A stretch of 64,000 bases of DNA, taken from assembly GCA_017479285.1 (NCBI GenBank), contig JAFVCL010000095.1, forward strand, positions 8,860 to 72,859, given 5' to 3'. Shown in pieces: positions 17,390 through 27,779 of this stretch. The notes under the pieces were generated by a model. The model ran no database searches. It had not been told where the DNA came from and saw nothing but the letters and a program-made list of their open reading frames with translations. The stretch is from Lachnospiraceae bacterium. Lineage in GTDB: Bacteria; Bacillota; Clostridia; Lachnospirales; Lachnospiraceae. The first letter of the stretch is position 1. Every line of letters starts with the position of its first letter. A program made the translations under genes and the position numbers.

Positions 17390-20290
17390 ATGAGGCTTGA
17401 CAGAAAGGAATACGAGCAGACCGCAAGGCGCGCGGTAAGCGAAGGTGTTGTACTCCTTAAAAACAGGGGGAATGTACTTCCCATAAGCGGGGGGACGAAG
17501 GTTGCCCTCTTCGGAAGGATACAGAGTCATTATTACAAGAGCGGCACAGGCTCGGGCGGAATGGTTAATGCCGGAAAGGTATGGACCATCCCCGAGGCCT
17601 TGGAGGAGAACGGAATCGTCCTTAACGAGGCTCTTAAGGAAATATACAGGAAATTTGACGAGGAAAACCCCATCGACTGCGGAGCGGGGTTTGGAAGCGA
17701 GCCCTGGTCGCAGGCGGAGATGCCCTTGTCAAAGGAAACCGCAATTGAAATGGCGAAGCAGTCTGATATTGCCATAGTGCTCATCGGAAGGACCGCAGGC
17801 GAGGAACAGGATTATGCCGACGCAAAGGGGGCGTACAGACTCTCGGATATCGAGAGAGAGATGCTCTTTAATGTGAGAGGCGCTTTTGACAGAGTCATAG
17901 TTCTTATGAATGTCAGCGCCGTCCTTGATATGACGGATATCGAGGAGGCGGATCCCGACGCAATCCTCTATGCATGGCAGGGAGGAGAGGTCGGAGCTCT
18001 GGGAGCCGCTGATGTTATAACCGGAAAGGTAAGTCCCTCCGGCCATCTGACAGATACCATAGCAAGAAGGATAGGGGAAACTCCGGCATATCCAAATTTC
18101 GGAAGGACAGATTATAACTGCTACGCCGAAGATATCTATGTGGGCTACAGATATTATTCAACCTTTGACAGGAAGGCGGTTCTCTATCCCTTCGGCTTCG
18201 GTCTGTCTTACACGGAATTTGAGATAGAGCCCGGGGAGTTTGTTCTCAAGGACTCGCTCGGAAAGATCATAGCTCCCGAGGATGAGCTTTTTGTAAAGAA
18301 GGTCATTGACGATGAGGGAGCGAAGCTTTCCTTTACATTTAAGGTAAAAAACACCGGAAAAACCTCCGGAAAAGAGGTTGTACAGCTCTATCTTTGTGCG
18401 CCTCAGGGAGCACTGGGAAAGCCCGACCTATCCCTTGCGGGATTTGCAAAGACAGAGGAGATAGCTCCCGGCGAAAGCAGGCTTGTAACCATAGCCTTCG
18501 CACCCTACAGCATAGCTTCCTACGACGATTCGGGGGCTACGGGAAATCCGTTTTCGTATGTCCTTGAGGCAGGAGAGTACAGATTCCTCGCAGGCGACAG
18601 CTCCGACAGGCTGAAGGCCGCGGGCTCATTTATGCTCGGGGAAACCCTTGTTATGGACAGGCTGAGCTCTCAGATGGCACCGGTAAGGGCATTTAAGAGA
18701 CTACGCCCGGGGGGAGCCACCGCCGGCAGGGAAAGCAGGGAAATTCCGGGATGCGAAAACCTTCCGGAATACGGAAAAGAATATGAGGATGTTCCCCTTG
18801 CGAAAAAGAGAGATATCGAGACCGCAAAGGCGGATAAGCCGGACTTTCTGGCATATTCCGGGGATAAGGGAATAAAGCTTAAGGATGTCAGAGACGGAAA
18901 AGTCCCGATGGAAGAGTTTTTAGCGCAGATTCCCGACGAGGAGCTTGCGGCAATCGTAAGGGGCGAGGGAATGGGAAGCCCCAAGGTTACGGCGGGAACC
19001 GCCGCTGCCTTCGGCGGAGTAAGCCCTTTCCTTAAAGAACTCTGAATCCCCTGCGGATGCTGCTCCGACGGACCCTCCGGCATGAGGATGGACTGCGGGA
19101 CCAAGGCATTCTCACTTCCAAACGGAACTCTTCTTGCCTGCACATGGAACACGGAATTAAACGAAAAGCTTTTCGGGATGCTGGGTATCGAGATGACCAA
19201 GAATAAGATAGATGTGCTTCTCGGTCCGGGAATTAATATTCACAGACATCCCCTAAACGGACGGAATTTTGAATATTTCAGCGAGGATCCGCTTATCACG
19301 GGCAAGATGGCTGCCGCCCAGTTCAGGGGGCTAAAATCCGCGGGAGTAAGCGGATGCCTTAAGCATTTTTGCGCAAACAATCAGGAGACGCACAGACACG
19401 ATATCGACAGTGTTGTTTCCGAGAGGGCACTCCGGGAAATTTATCTGAAGGGCTTTGAAATCGCCGTAAAGGAAGGCGGTGCGGACTGCGTCATGACAAC
19501 ATACGGCGCGGTAAACGGGACATGGACAAACGGACGGCATGACCTCTGCACGGAAATTTTAAGAAACGAGTGGGGCTTTAACGGCGTTGTAATGACCGAC
19601 TGGTGGGCGAAGATCGGAGATGTGGACGGCAAGGTCAGCAGAAATGATTTTGCGAGATGCGTACTTGCCCAGAATGATTTTTATGCTGTCTGCCCGGATG
19701 CGGCTGTCAATTCCTCCGACGATAATATTTTATCCACCCTTAATGAGGGCGGTATTACAAGAGGGCATCTCGTAAGATGCGCCGCAAATATCTGCGGATA
19801 TTTAATGAAAACCCACGCTATGGAGAGAATGTGCGGTAAGGAGCCGGAGCTTGAGCTCACGGGCTTTGATGAGGGAGACGGAGGAGTGGATTCCGCCAAT
19901 GTCGAGTACTTCGATATTGAGGACGGCACTGTGATCGATCTCTCGAATGTTCTCTCGGTGCAGGGTTGTGTATATGCTTTCGGGATAAATGTAAAGAAGA
20001 TGGGCTGCTACCGGATGGAGATCACCGGAAAGAGCGACCTTTCCGAGCTTGCGCAGATCCCGATAGGTATCTATTTCCAGAGCATACCGAGCGGAACCTT
20101 CACCTTTAACGGAGCAGGCGGAGAGTGGAAGAGTCTTGAGAGAAAGATACTCCTAAGCTCGAAGTACGGGGTGATAAGGTTCTATTTCGGCGGAAACGGA
20201 TTAAAGCTGAAGGATCTCAGATTTGTATTTGAGAAGGATTATGATCCGGCGCTCGGATGGGACGGGTATCCCGAATATATAAAGGGATAA
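17390..20290 (+). pseudogene. GH3 beta-glucosidase/xylosidase with permuted domain order, interrupted by one in-frame TGA at 19043-19045 (real nonsense allele or sequence error)
   Basis: ORFs 17360..19045 and 19082..20290 are in the same frame and read FLKEL*IPCGCCSDGPSGMR. N-terminal part: EGVVLLKN, YVGYRY, YPFGFGLSYT, GKEVVQLY. C-terminal part: GRNFEYFSEDP, KHF, VMTDWW (nucleophile). Confidence 0.85.
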
Positions 20291-20329
20291 GTATTTTGCA
20301 TTGGGGTTAAGGCAGAAAGGCAGAGAAGC

Positions 20330-22108
20330 TTGAGAATCGACAGGGAAGACTTAAAGGCCGGCTATACAACGGTATATAATTTCAATATTGCTCTTGATGA
20401 GGATTACAACATGGTCCGGTACGATCAGGAGGGAAGAGAATTTTTCGGCTCCAACCTTAATTCGCTTTTCAGCGAGGTAGGGGAGGATGAGTCGTGCAAT
20501 GAAGAATTGAGATATCTTCTCGACACCGCAAAAAAGACCGGACAGGGGCGCGTTATCACATATATCCGTGACAGGAATGAAAGCATACATCTTTTTGATC
20601 TTATCGCGAAATACAATAAAAATGATGATAACTGCTACGATATAACCGGCTGGAACATACCTGCTCTTGAGAATGAATGCTTCACCTTCCGCAATAATAT
20701 GTGGAAGTACAAAACCATGCTCGGAATGTCGAGTCAGAGCTTTTTTGACTACGACATGAAGAAGGATGTCATGAGCATCTACCGTTATGTCGGGAAGAAA
20801 TCCGTAAGGCTCTTTTACGGGAACTTTGCGGAATTTATCGGAAAGCTCAGGGAGACGGCGGAGAAAGACGACAAGAACAAATATATGATCGATGCCCTTG
20901 AGGATCAGCTTTCCAAGGGAAAAAGCACTGTGGATATATCCGTCAAATCCGGAATGCTCCACAATGACGGCAAGCTCCAAAAGCTCATCTTCAGAGCGAG
21001 ATTTGATGATATGAGCGGGCACCGCATGATGTACGGCATAATCAATCATCTCTCGGAAGGGGAGGAGGATCTGCCCTATTACATGACGGCCGCGGGGCTT
21101 GATTCCGCCACGGGGCTTTTAAGCAAGCGGTCGATAATAGAATATTCGTATCATATTTTTACAAATCCTGCCACAAACAAAAGAAAGCATTATATGGTGC
21201 TTCTCGATATAGATGATTTCAAGAGTATCAACGACAATTACGGGCATCTTGCGGGCGACCAGGCAATCCAGCTCCTTGCGACAACTCTTATGGATGTGGT
21301 AAGGGACAACGGTATGGTCGGAAGGTTCGGAGGGGACGAGTTTTTCATCCTCACGGACAGAATCTCTGAGGAGGAGGAGATCCGGAGTATTTTGAGAAGG
21401 ATAAAGGGGAATGCGGAGGTCCTCGCCAAAGAGACCCTCGGTATGGAAAAGTTTACCCTCTCCATGGGTATATCTCTTTATCCGGATGACGGAGACAATT
21501 ATAAGGACCTTCTTGCGCTTGCGGATAAATGCCTTTATATCGCGAAGGAAAAGGGGAAAAACAGGTATATCATATACCGCACGGAGATGCACAGCGAGAT
21601 AGAGACCGGTGCAAGGAGAAAGGGCATTTCCTCCTATGATGACCAGTCCAAGTCCATAAACCGTGTCATAAAGACGATGTTTAAGGGGGATGCGGGGGTC
21701 ATACCCGAAACCCTTACGGATATTGTAAAGAGCTTTGACCTTGACAGTATAGATGTCTTTTACAAAGACCTTGAAAAGCCGATGTTTACCTGCGGTAAAT
21801 ACCCCTCCGGGTTTAAAGCGACGGATTTTACTAAGAACAAAAAACTGATGGATCTTTTTGATTCAAACGGTGTATATGTGCTGCACAATGTGGCGAATAT
21901 CAAGCATGCAAACGATGAGCTGTACGATATGCTCCTGGAAAAGAACTGTATGTCCTTTATCCAGGTGGCACTTCCCTCACCGGATGACCCGAAGTATCTG
22001 TTCAGCTGTAATATGCTGAACCGGAGCCATAAGTGGAGTGATGCCGAGATAAGTAACCTCGGGCTTTACGGCTCCCTCATATACGACCTTTTATCAAGGA
22101 ATGACTAA
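20330..22108 (+). CDS. Diguanylate cyclase (GGDEF) with N-terminal PAS-like and C-terminal GAF-like regions
   Basis: DSATGL, LDIDDFKSINDNYGHLAGD, GRFGGDEFF and ADKCLYIAKEKGKN motifs. TTG start. Confidence 0.88.
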   Translation: MRIDREDLKAGYTTVYNFNIALDEDYNMVRYDQEGREFFGSNLNSLFSEVGEDESCNEELRYLLDTAKKTGQGRVITYIRDRNESIHLFDLIAKYNKNDDNCYDITGWNIPALENECFTFRNNMWKYKTMLGMSSQSFFDYDMKKDVMSIYRYVGKKSVRLFYGNFAEFIGKLRETAEKDDKNKYMIDALEDQLSKGKSTVDISVKSGMLHNDGKLQKLIFRARFDDMSGHRMMYGIINHLSEGEEDLPYYMTAAGLDSATGLLSKRSIIEYSYHIFTNPATNKRKHYMVLLDIDDFKSINDNYGHLAGDQAIQLLATTLMDVVRDNGMVGRFGGDEFFILTDRISEEEEIRSILRRIKGNAEVLAKETLGMEKFTLSMGISLYPDDGDNYKDLLALADKCLYIAKEKGKNRYIIYRTEMHSEIETGARRKGISSYDDQSKSINRVIKTMFKGDAGVIPETLTDIVKSFDLDSIDVFYKDLEKPMFTCGKYPSGFKATDFTKNKKLMDLFDSNGVYVLHNVANIKHANDELYDMLLEKNCMSFIQVALPSPDDPKYLFSCNMLNRSHKWSDAEISNLGLYGSLIYDLLSRND

Positions 22109-22111
22109 TCT

Positions 22112-22148
22112 GACCTTCGCTGCGCCCACTGCGCGGCGGAGGTTTTTG
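22112..22148 (+). terminator. Rho-independent terminator
   Basis: GACCTTCGCTGCGC-ccact-GCGCGGCGGAGGTT followed by TTT. Confidence 0.75.
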
Positions 22149-22164
22149 TGCTTTAGAAAGATAT

Positions 22165-22233
22165 TAGCAATAAGTGAGACGAGAGAGGCTTTTTATGGTG
22201 AGAATTTAAAGGGTTTAAGGGATATGATATAAT
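22165..22233 (+). promoter_or_regulatory. Putative activator site plus -10 element upstream of uxuA
   Basis: TAGCAAtaagTGAGA at 22165 matches the site at 46852. TATGAT lies 58 bp downstream (22223) and TATAAT at 22228. No good -35. Confidence 0.55.
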
Positions 22234-22279
22234 AGTCATGGTATAATGATATAATCAGGACAAAAGAGAGGATAACAAA

Positions 22280-23356
22280 ATGGAGATGACCTTACGCTGG
22301 TACGGATCAAAATTTGATACCGTAACCTTAAAGCAGATCAGACAGATACCCGGAGTTACGGGTGTGATCACGACCCTGTACGATACAAAGCCCGGAGAGG
22401 TTTGGAGCCGGGAGAGGATAAGAGCTCTGAAGGAGGAGGTGGAGGCGTCGGGACTTCACATTTCCGGCATAGAGAGTGTTAATGTGAGCGATGCAATCAA
22501 GACCGGCGCACCCGAAAGAGAGCAGGATATAGCCAATTATATAGAGACCCTGGAGAACCTCGGAAAAGAGGATATCCACCTTGTATGCTACAACTTTATG
22601 CCGGTATTTGACTGGACGAGGACCGAGCTTGCGAGAGTGCGTCCCGACGGATCGACGGTGCTTGCGTATACCCAGGAGGCGGTGGATGCCATAGAACCGG
22701 AGAAGATGTTTGATATGATCGCGGGGGATGCAAACGGCGCGATACTTCCCGGCTGGGAGCCCGAGAGAATGGCGCATATCAAAGAGCTCTTCGAGATGTA
22801 CAAGGATATCGATGACGAAAAGCTTTTTGAGAATTTGAAGTATTTCCTTGAAAAGATAATGCCGGTCTGCAACAAGTACGATATCAAAATGGCAATACAC
22901 CCGGACGATCCCGCATGGAGCGTGTTCGGACTTCCGAGGATAATAATAAACAAAAAGAATATACTCCGCATGATGCAGATGGTTGATGATCCCCATAACG
23001 GAGTAACCTTCTGCTCCGGTTCCTACGGGACAAATCTTGAGAACGATCTTCCGGATATGATCCGTTCGCTTAAGGGCAGGATACATTTTGCGCATGTAAG
23101 AAATCTCAAATTCCATTCGCCCACAAATTTCGAGGAGAGCGCGCATCTTTCCTCCGACGGAACCTTCGACATGTACGAGATAATGAAAGCTCTTTACGAT
23201 ATCGGATTTGACGGACCCATCCGTCCCGACCACGGAAGGATGATCTGGGATGAGGTTGCGATGCCGGGCTACGGACTTTATGACAGAGCCCTCGGTGCGA
23301 CTTATCTGAACGGTCTTTGGGAAGCAATAGTTAAAAGCCATGAAAGGGGAGTCTGA
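22280..23356 (+). CDS. uxuA: Mannonate dehydratase
   Basis: MTLRWYG, CYNFMPVFDWTRT, AIHPDDP, HFAHVRN, RPDHGR and PGYGLYDRALG motifs. Confidence 0.96.
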   Translation: MEMTLRWYGSKFDTVTLKQIRQIPGVTGVITTLYDTKPGEVWSRERIRALKEEVEASGLHISGIESVNVSDAIKTGAPEREQDIANYIETLENLGKEDIHLVCYNFMPVFDWTRTELARVRPDGSTVLAYTQEAVDAIEPEKMFDMIAGDANGAILPGWEPERMAHIKELFEMYKDIDDEKLFENLKYFLEKIMPVCNKYDIKMAIHPDDPAWSVFGLPRIIINKKNILRMMQMVDDPHNGVTFCSGSYGTNLENDLPDMIRSLKGRIHFAHVRNLKFHSPTNFEESAHLSSDGTFDMYEIMKALYDIGFDGPIRPDHGRMIWDEVAMPGYGLYDRALGATYLNGLWEAIVKSHERGV

Positions 23357-23361
23357 AGAAG

Positions 23362-24969
23362 ATGAAACTTAATCTTGAAGGAATAAAAAACGGCAGTGAA
23401 TGGATAACCAAAGGTTATCAGCTTCCGGGATTTGATATCAGTTCCGCAGCCGGGAGAACGGCTGCAGAACCCGAGTGGGTGCACTTCGGAGGAGGAAATC
23501 TTTTCCGTGCGTTCCACGCAGCACTTTCGCAGGATATGATCGAGAAGGGATATTCCGATAAGGGCGTTATCGTTATAGAGGGCTTTGACTACGAGATAGT
23601 CGAAAAGTCATACCGCGGAAACGACAACCTCTCGGTGCTGGTCACTCTCAAGGCGGACGGATCCATCGGGAAGAGGGTGATAGGCTCGGTAAGCGAGTCA
23701 TGCATCCTTGATTCGGAGAATGAAAAGGAGTATTCGAGATTAAAAGAAATCTTCAGGCAGCCCTCCCTCAAGATGGCTACATTTACCATAACGGAGAAGG
23801 GCTACAGCCTTGTAAACGGAGCGGGGGAGACTGTTCCCGCGGTTCTCTCGGATTTTGCCGCCGGACCGGAAAAGCCTTCAACCTATATCGGAAAGGTAAG
23901 CTCGCTTCTGTACGAGAGATATTTAAGCGGCAGGCTTCCGATAGCGATGGTCTCCACCGACAACTGCTCACACAACGGAGACAAGCTCTACGGCGCGGTA
24001 AGCGCATTCGCAAAGGCATGGTGCGGGAATAAAAAAGCGGAGGAGGGATTCCTTGATTATATAAACGATCCGTCAAAGGTTTCCTTCCCCTGGTCGATGA
24101 TAGATAAGATCACCCCGAGACCCGATGCCTCCGTCGAGGATATCCTTAGAAAGGACGGGCTCGAGGGGCTTGACCCTATTGTTACCTCAAAGGGAACCTA
24201 TGTCGCTCCCTTTGTAAACGCGGAGGAGACCCAGTATCTTGTTATCGATGATGTGTTCCCGAACGGAAGACCTGCGCTTGAGAGGGTGGGCGTTATCTTT
24301 ACGGATAAGGAGACGGTTGACAAGGTGGAGAAGATGAAGGTCTGCACCTGCCTTAATCCCCTTCATACCGCGCTTGCGATATACGGATGTCTTCTCGGAT
24401 ACACAAGGATATCCGACGAGATGAAGGATGCCGATCTTAGGAAGCTGGTTGAAATCATCGGTTATAAGGAGGGGCTTCCGGTGGTTGTGGATCCGGGGGT
24501 TCTTGATCCTAAGGAGTTTATCGATACCGTGCTTAATGTGCGTGTGCCGAATCCTTTTATGCCCGACACTCCCCAGCGTATCGCCACCGATACCTCCCAG
24601 AAGCTTCCTATCCGTTTCGGAGAGACGATAAAGAATTATAAAAAGCAGGGGCTTGATATCGCTGAGTTAAAGTGCATTCCCTTTGTGTTCGCAGGATGGT
24701 TAAGGTATCTTATGGCAGTTGATGACGAGGGCAGGGAGTTTACAAGAAGCGACGACCCGAGGCTGGAAAGCGCCGGGGCATTTGTCTCCGGGATAAAGCT
24801 GGGGGACAGCGTTTCGGCTGAGCAGCTCAGAGGGATATTGTCGGATAAGACTGTCTGGGCGGTGGATCTTTTCGAGGCCGGTCTCGCAGACACGGTGGTT
24901 TCGTACTTTAACGAGCTTATTGCCGCTCCGGGGGCTGTACGTAAGACTCTGCATGCGTTAGTCGGGTAA
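23362..24969 (+). CDS. uxuB: Mannitol dehydrogenase family protein, probable D-mannonate oxidoreductase
   Basis: WVHFGGGNLFRAF, TITEKGY, STDNCSHNG, SMIDKITP and RIATDTSQK motifs. Adjacent to uxuA. Confidence 0.82.
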   Translation: MKLNLEGIKNGSEWITKGYQLPGFDISSAAGRTAAEPEWVHFGGGNLFRAFHAALSQDMIEKGYSDKGVIVIEGFDYEIVEKSYRGNDNLSVLVTLKADGSIGKRVIGSVSESCILDSENEKEYSRLKEIFRQPSLKMATFTITEKGYSLVNGAGETVPAVLSDFAAGPEKPSTYIGKVSSLLYERYLSGRLPIAMVSTDNCSHNGDKLYGAVSAFAKAWCGNKKAEEGFLDYINDPSKVSFPWSMIDKITPRPDASVEDILRKDGLEGLDPIVTSKGTYVAPFVNAEETQYLVIDDVFPNGRPALERVGVIFTDKETVDKVEKMKVCTCLNPLHTALAIYGCLLGYTRISDEMKDADLRKLVEIIGYKEGLPVVVDPGVLDPKEFIDTVLNVRVPNPFMPDTPQRIATDTSQKLPIRFGETIKNYKKQGLDIAELKCIPFVFAGWLRYLMAVDDEGREFTRSDDPRLESAGAFVSGIKLGDSVSAEQLRGILSDKTVWAVDLFEAGLADTVVSYFNELIAAPGAVRKTLHALVG

Positions 24970-25030
24970 ACTACAGTTTAAATTGGTCATTAAACTACAA
25001 GATGAATCAGCGACATTAAGGAGGGATAAC

Positions 25031-25576
25031 ATGAAAGTATTAGGATATGTTAAGGATGGAAATCTGCATCTTGCGCTTGAAAAGTGCGGAATGTGGGCTC
25101 CGGTCCGGGGAGGAAGATCCGTTATGGAGGGAGCCGGACTCGTAAAACCGTGGATCGGCAGAACAAAGCAGGGAACCTTCGCGGTGATCGCGGTCAGGGA
25201 CCAGGAGGAGGGAAAGCCCGGGCTTGGCAGGGCGGTCCTTTACCGCAGCGGCGACCTTATAGAATTTGAGGAGATAGGGAGTGTATGGCTTGCGGATGAG
25301 CCCATCGCGGCTGTGAGGATCACCTTCGGAAACGAGATCGGTGCGGACAGATATTTCATCCAGTGGCAGGGAATGGACGGAGGCTGGCATCAGGCTTCTG
25401 TTTCATCGATCGATAAGAGAGTCCTTTCAACATCGGAGATAGTTTCTACGACGATCACGGAGTACGGGCTGATACCGTCGGGGGATATAGAGAAAATCGG
25501 GGGAATAGACGGGGAGCCTGTAAATATTCTTGAATTGTCGGATACGGAGTATGAGAGATTAAGCAGGGAAGTGTAG
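25031..25576 (+). CDS. Hypothetical beta-rich protein resembling the N-terminal extension of some Firmicute GH43 proteins
   Basis: AAGGAGG RBS and a clean ORF. Pattern LHLA...KPWI...GTFAVIAVR...GRAVLYRSGDLIEFEEIG...YFIQW. The family link is from recall only. Confidence 0.6.
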   Translation: MKVLGYVKDGNLHLALEKCGMWAPVRGGRSVMEGAGLVKPWIGRTKQGTFAVIAVRDQEEGKPGLGRAVLYRSGDLIEFEEIGSVWLADEPIAAVRITFGNEIGADRYFIQWQGMDGGWHQASVSSIDKRVLSTSEIVSTTITEYGLIPSGDIEKIGGIDGEPVNILELSDTEYERLSREV

Positions 25577-25637
25577 GCAGCTGCTTGATGCATTGCTGCG
25601 GGGTGCGCAGTGAAAACTGTTATAGGAGGTATAGCTT

Positions 25638-27716
25638 ATGAATGTTTTTACGACAGACAAGATCAGAAATGTGGTTCTTCTCGGGCATGGGGGAAGCGGG
25701 AAGACATCCCTTGTGGAAGCGATCAGTTATCTCGCCGGAATGACAACGCGGATGGGAACCGTTGAAGGCGGAAATACGATAAGCGACTGCGACAGGGAAG
25801 AGGTCAAAAGAGGCTTTTCAATAAAGACAAGCGTTGTACCGGTGGTATGGGAGGATCATAAGATCAACCTCCTCGATACTCCCGGTTCACCGGATTTTAT
25901 AGGCGAGACAGAGGAAGCGCTTTCCGTGGCGGACGCGGCAATAATCGTCGTTTCCGGCAAGGCCGGAATAGAGGCGGGGACAAAGAGAGCATGGGAGCTC
26001 TGCGAAAAGAGAAAGCTTCCGAGAATGGTCTTTGTGACGGATATGGATATCGACAAAGCAAGCTTTCGGGAGGTTGTCAAGGAACTTCAGGAGCTGTACG
26101 GAAAGCACATTGCACCGTTTCATTTGCCAATCCGGGAAAATGAGCAGTTCGTGGGCTATGTAAATGTTATCCAGCAGAAGGCAAAACGCTGGAACGATCA
26201 TGGGGGCGTGGACAAATCCGATGTTCCGGATTACTCCCGTGAGAACCTTAAGATATGCAGGGATGTACTTTTGGAGGCAGTTGCGGAGACAAGCGAGGAG
26301 TTCATGGACCGCTACTTTAACGGGGATGAATTCTCCGAGGACGAGATAAGATCCGCAATGCGCGTGGGTGTGTATGACGGCTCGATAGTCCCCGTACTTA
26401 TGGGCTCCAACACTCTTGCACGGGGAATGTATACCCTTATGGCGGATATCGTAAAATACTTCCCGAGTCCCGACAGATGCAAATGCGCGGGAATAAACAC
26501 CACGAGCAATGAGGTATTTGAGGCGGATTACGACTTCGCCAAGTCTAAATCCGCGTATGTATTCAAGACAATAGCGGATCCCTATATCGGAAAGTATTCG
26601 CTTATAAAGGTTAATTCCGGAGTGCTTAAGCCGGATGATGTAATGTATAATTACCACCGTGATACCGATGAAAAAATCGGAAAGCTTTTTGTGCTCTGCG
26701 GCGGAAAGACAGAGGATGTAACCGAGCTTCACGCCGGAGATATCGGTGCGCTGGCAAAGCTTGCGGTAACACAGACAACGGACTCGCTCTCCACAAGAAA
26801 GAATCCCGTCACTTACCTCAGGGCATCGATTTCAAAGCCCTATGTATACAGACAGTACAAGGCAAAGAAAAAGGGAGACGAGGACAAAATATCCCAGGCT
26901 CTTTCAAAGATGACCGCGGAGGATCTTACTCTTAAGAGCGTTAACGATTCGGAGAACGGACAGACTCTTCTCTACGGAATAAGCGGACAGCACCTTGAGG
27001 TCGCTCAGAGCATTCTCGCCGAGAAGTACAAGGTGGAAATCGAGCTCTCAAAGCCTCGAATAGCCTTTAAGGAGACCATAAAGAAAAAGGTCGATACCGA
27101 ATATAAATACAAGAAACAGTCCGGCGGACATGGTCAGTACGGACATGTAAAGATAACGATAGAGCCCTCATACGACACGGATACGCCCTATATTTTTGAA
27201 CAGAGCGTTGTCGGAGGCGCGGTTCCGAAGAACTACTTCCCGGCAGTCGAAAAGGGTGTTGCGGAATCTGTTAAGAGCGGACCCCTTGCCGGATATCCGG
27301 TTACCGGAGTAAAGGTTAATCTATACGACGGAAGCTACCACACCGTTGATTCCTCCGAGCTTGCCTTCAAGGTTGCAACCGAGCAGGCATTTAAGCAGGG
27401 CTTTATGGAGGCATCGCCCGTTCTTCTTGAGCCAATCGCGTCGTTGAAGGTCGTTGTGCCGGATGCGTATACCGGTGATGTAATGGGAGATCTCAACAAG
27501 CGCCGGGGCAAGATACTCGGTATGAATCCGACAGGTTCGGGAAATCAGGAGATCGTTGCGGATATACCTTATATCGAGCTGTATGAGTATGATACAAGGC
27601 TCTATTCCATGACGAGAGGAAGCGGAGTATTTTCATACGAGTTTGCAAGGTATGAGCAGGCTCCCGATGATATAGCAAAACGGGAGATAGAGGCCGCAAA
27701 ATCCGAACAGGCATGA
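25638..27716 (+). CDS. Elongation factor G paralog (EF-G2-like) with non-canonical GTPase motifs
   Basis: Full five-domain EF-G layout (KQSGGHGQYG, GPLAGYPV, DGSYHTVDSSELAFK, LLEPI, GDLNKRRG), but G1 is GHGGSGKTS, switch II is DTPGSPDF and G4 is TDMD. Not in an rpsL-rpsG-fusA-tuf operon. Confidence 0.9.
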   Translation: MNVFTTDKIRNVVLLGHGGSGKTSLVEAISYLAGMTTRMGTVEGGNTISDCDREEVKRGFSIKTSVVPVVWEDHKINLLDTPGSPDFIGETEEALSVADAAIIVVSGKAGIEAGTKRAWELCEKRKLPRMVFVTDMDIDKASFREVVKELQELYGKHIAPFHLPIRENEQFVGYVNVIQQKAKRWNDHGGVDKSDVPDYSRENLKICRDVLLEAVAETSEEFMDRYFNGDEFSEDEIRSAMRVGVYDGSIVPVLMGSNTLARGMYTLMADIVKYFPSPDRCKCAGINTTSNEVFEADYDFAKSKSAYVFKTIADPYIGKYSLIKVNSGVLKPDDVMYNYHRDTDEKIGKLFVLCGGKTEDVTELHAGDIGALAKLAVTQTTDSLSTRKNPVTYLRASISKPYVYRQYKAKKKGDEDKISQALSKMTAEDLTLKSVNDSENGQTLLYGISGQHLEVAQSILAEKYKVEIELSKPRIAFKETIKKKVDTEYKYKKQSGGHGQYGHVKITIEPSYDTDTPYIFEQSVVGGAVPKNYFPAVEKGVAESVKSGPLAGYPVTGVKVNLYDGSYHTVDSSELAFKVATEQAFKQGFMEASPVLLEPIASLKVVVPDAYTGDVMGDLNKRRGKILGMNPTGSGNQEIVADIPYIELYEYDTRLYSMTRGSGVFSYEFARYEQAPDDIAKREIEAAKSEQA

Positions 27717-27779
27717 GTGGTCCGGATTAATAGTTTAAAAATAATAATAAAATAATATCCGTAAGGAGCATTTGGGAAG

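Noticed and set aside
22328-23341. 337-aa antisense ORF spanning uxuA
   Set aside because: It mirrors uxuA codon for codon, has no recognisable motifs or RBS, and is explained by sense-strand codon bias.
25638-27716. TetM/TetO-type ribosomal protection gene or the primary fusA
   Set aside because: It lacks the AHVDAGKTT/AHIDAGKTT G1 motif, has EF-G-like length and domain IV motifs, and has neither mobile context nor the str operon.
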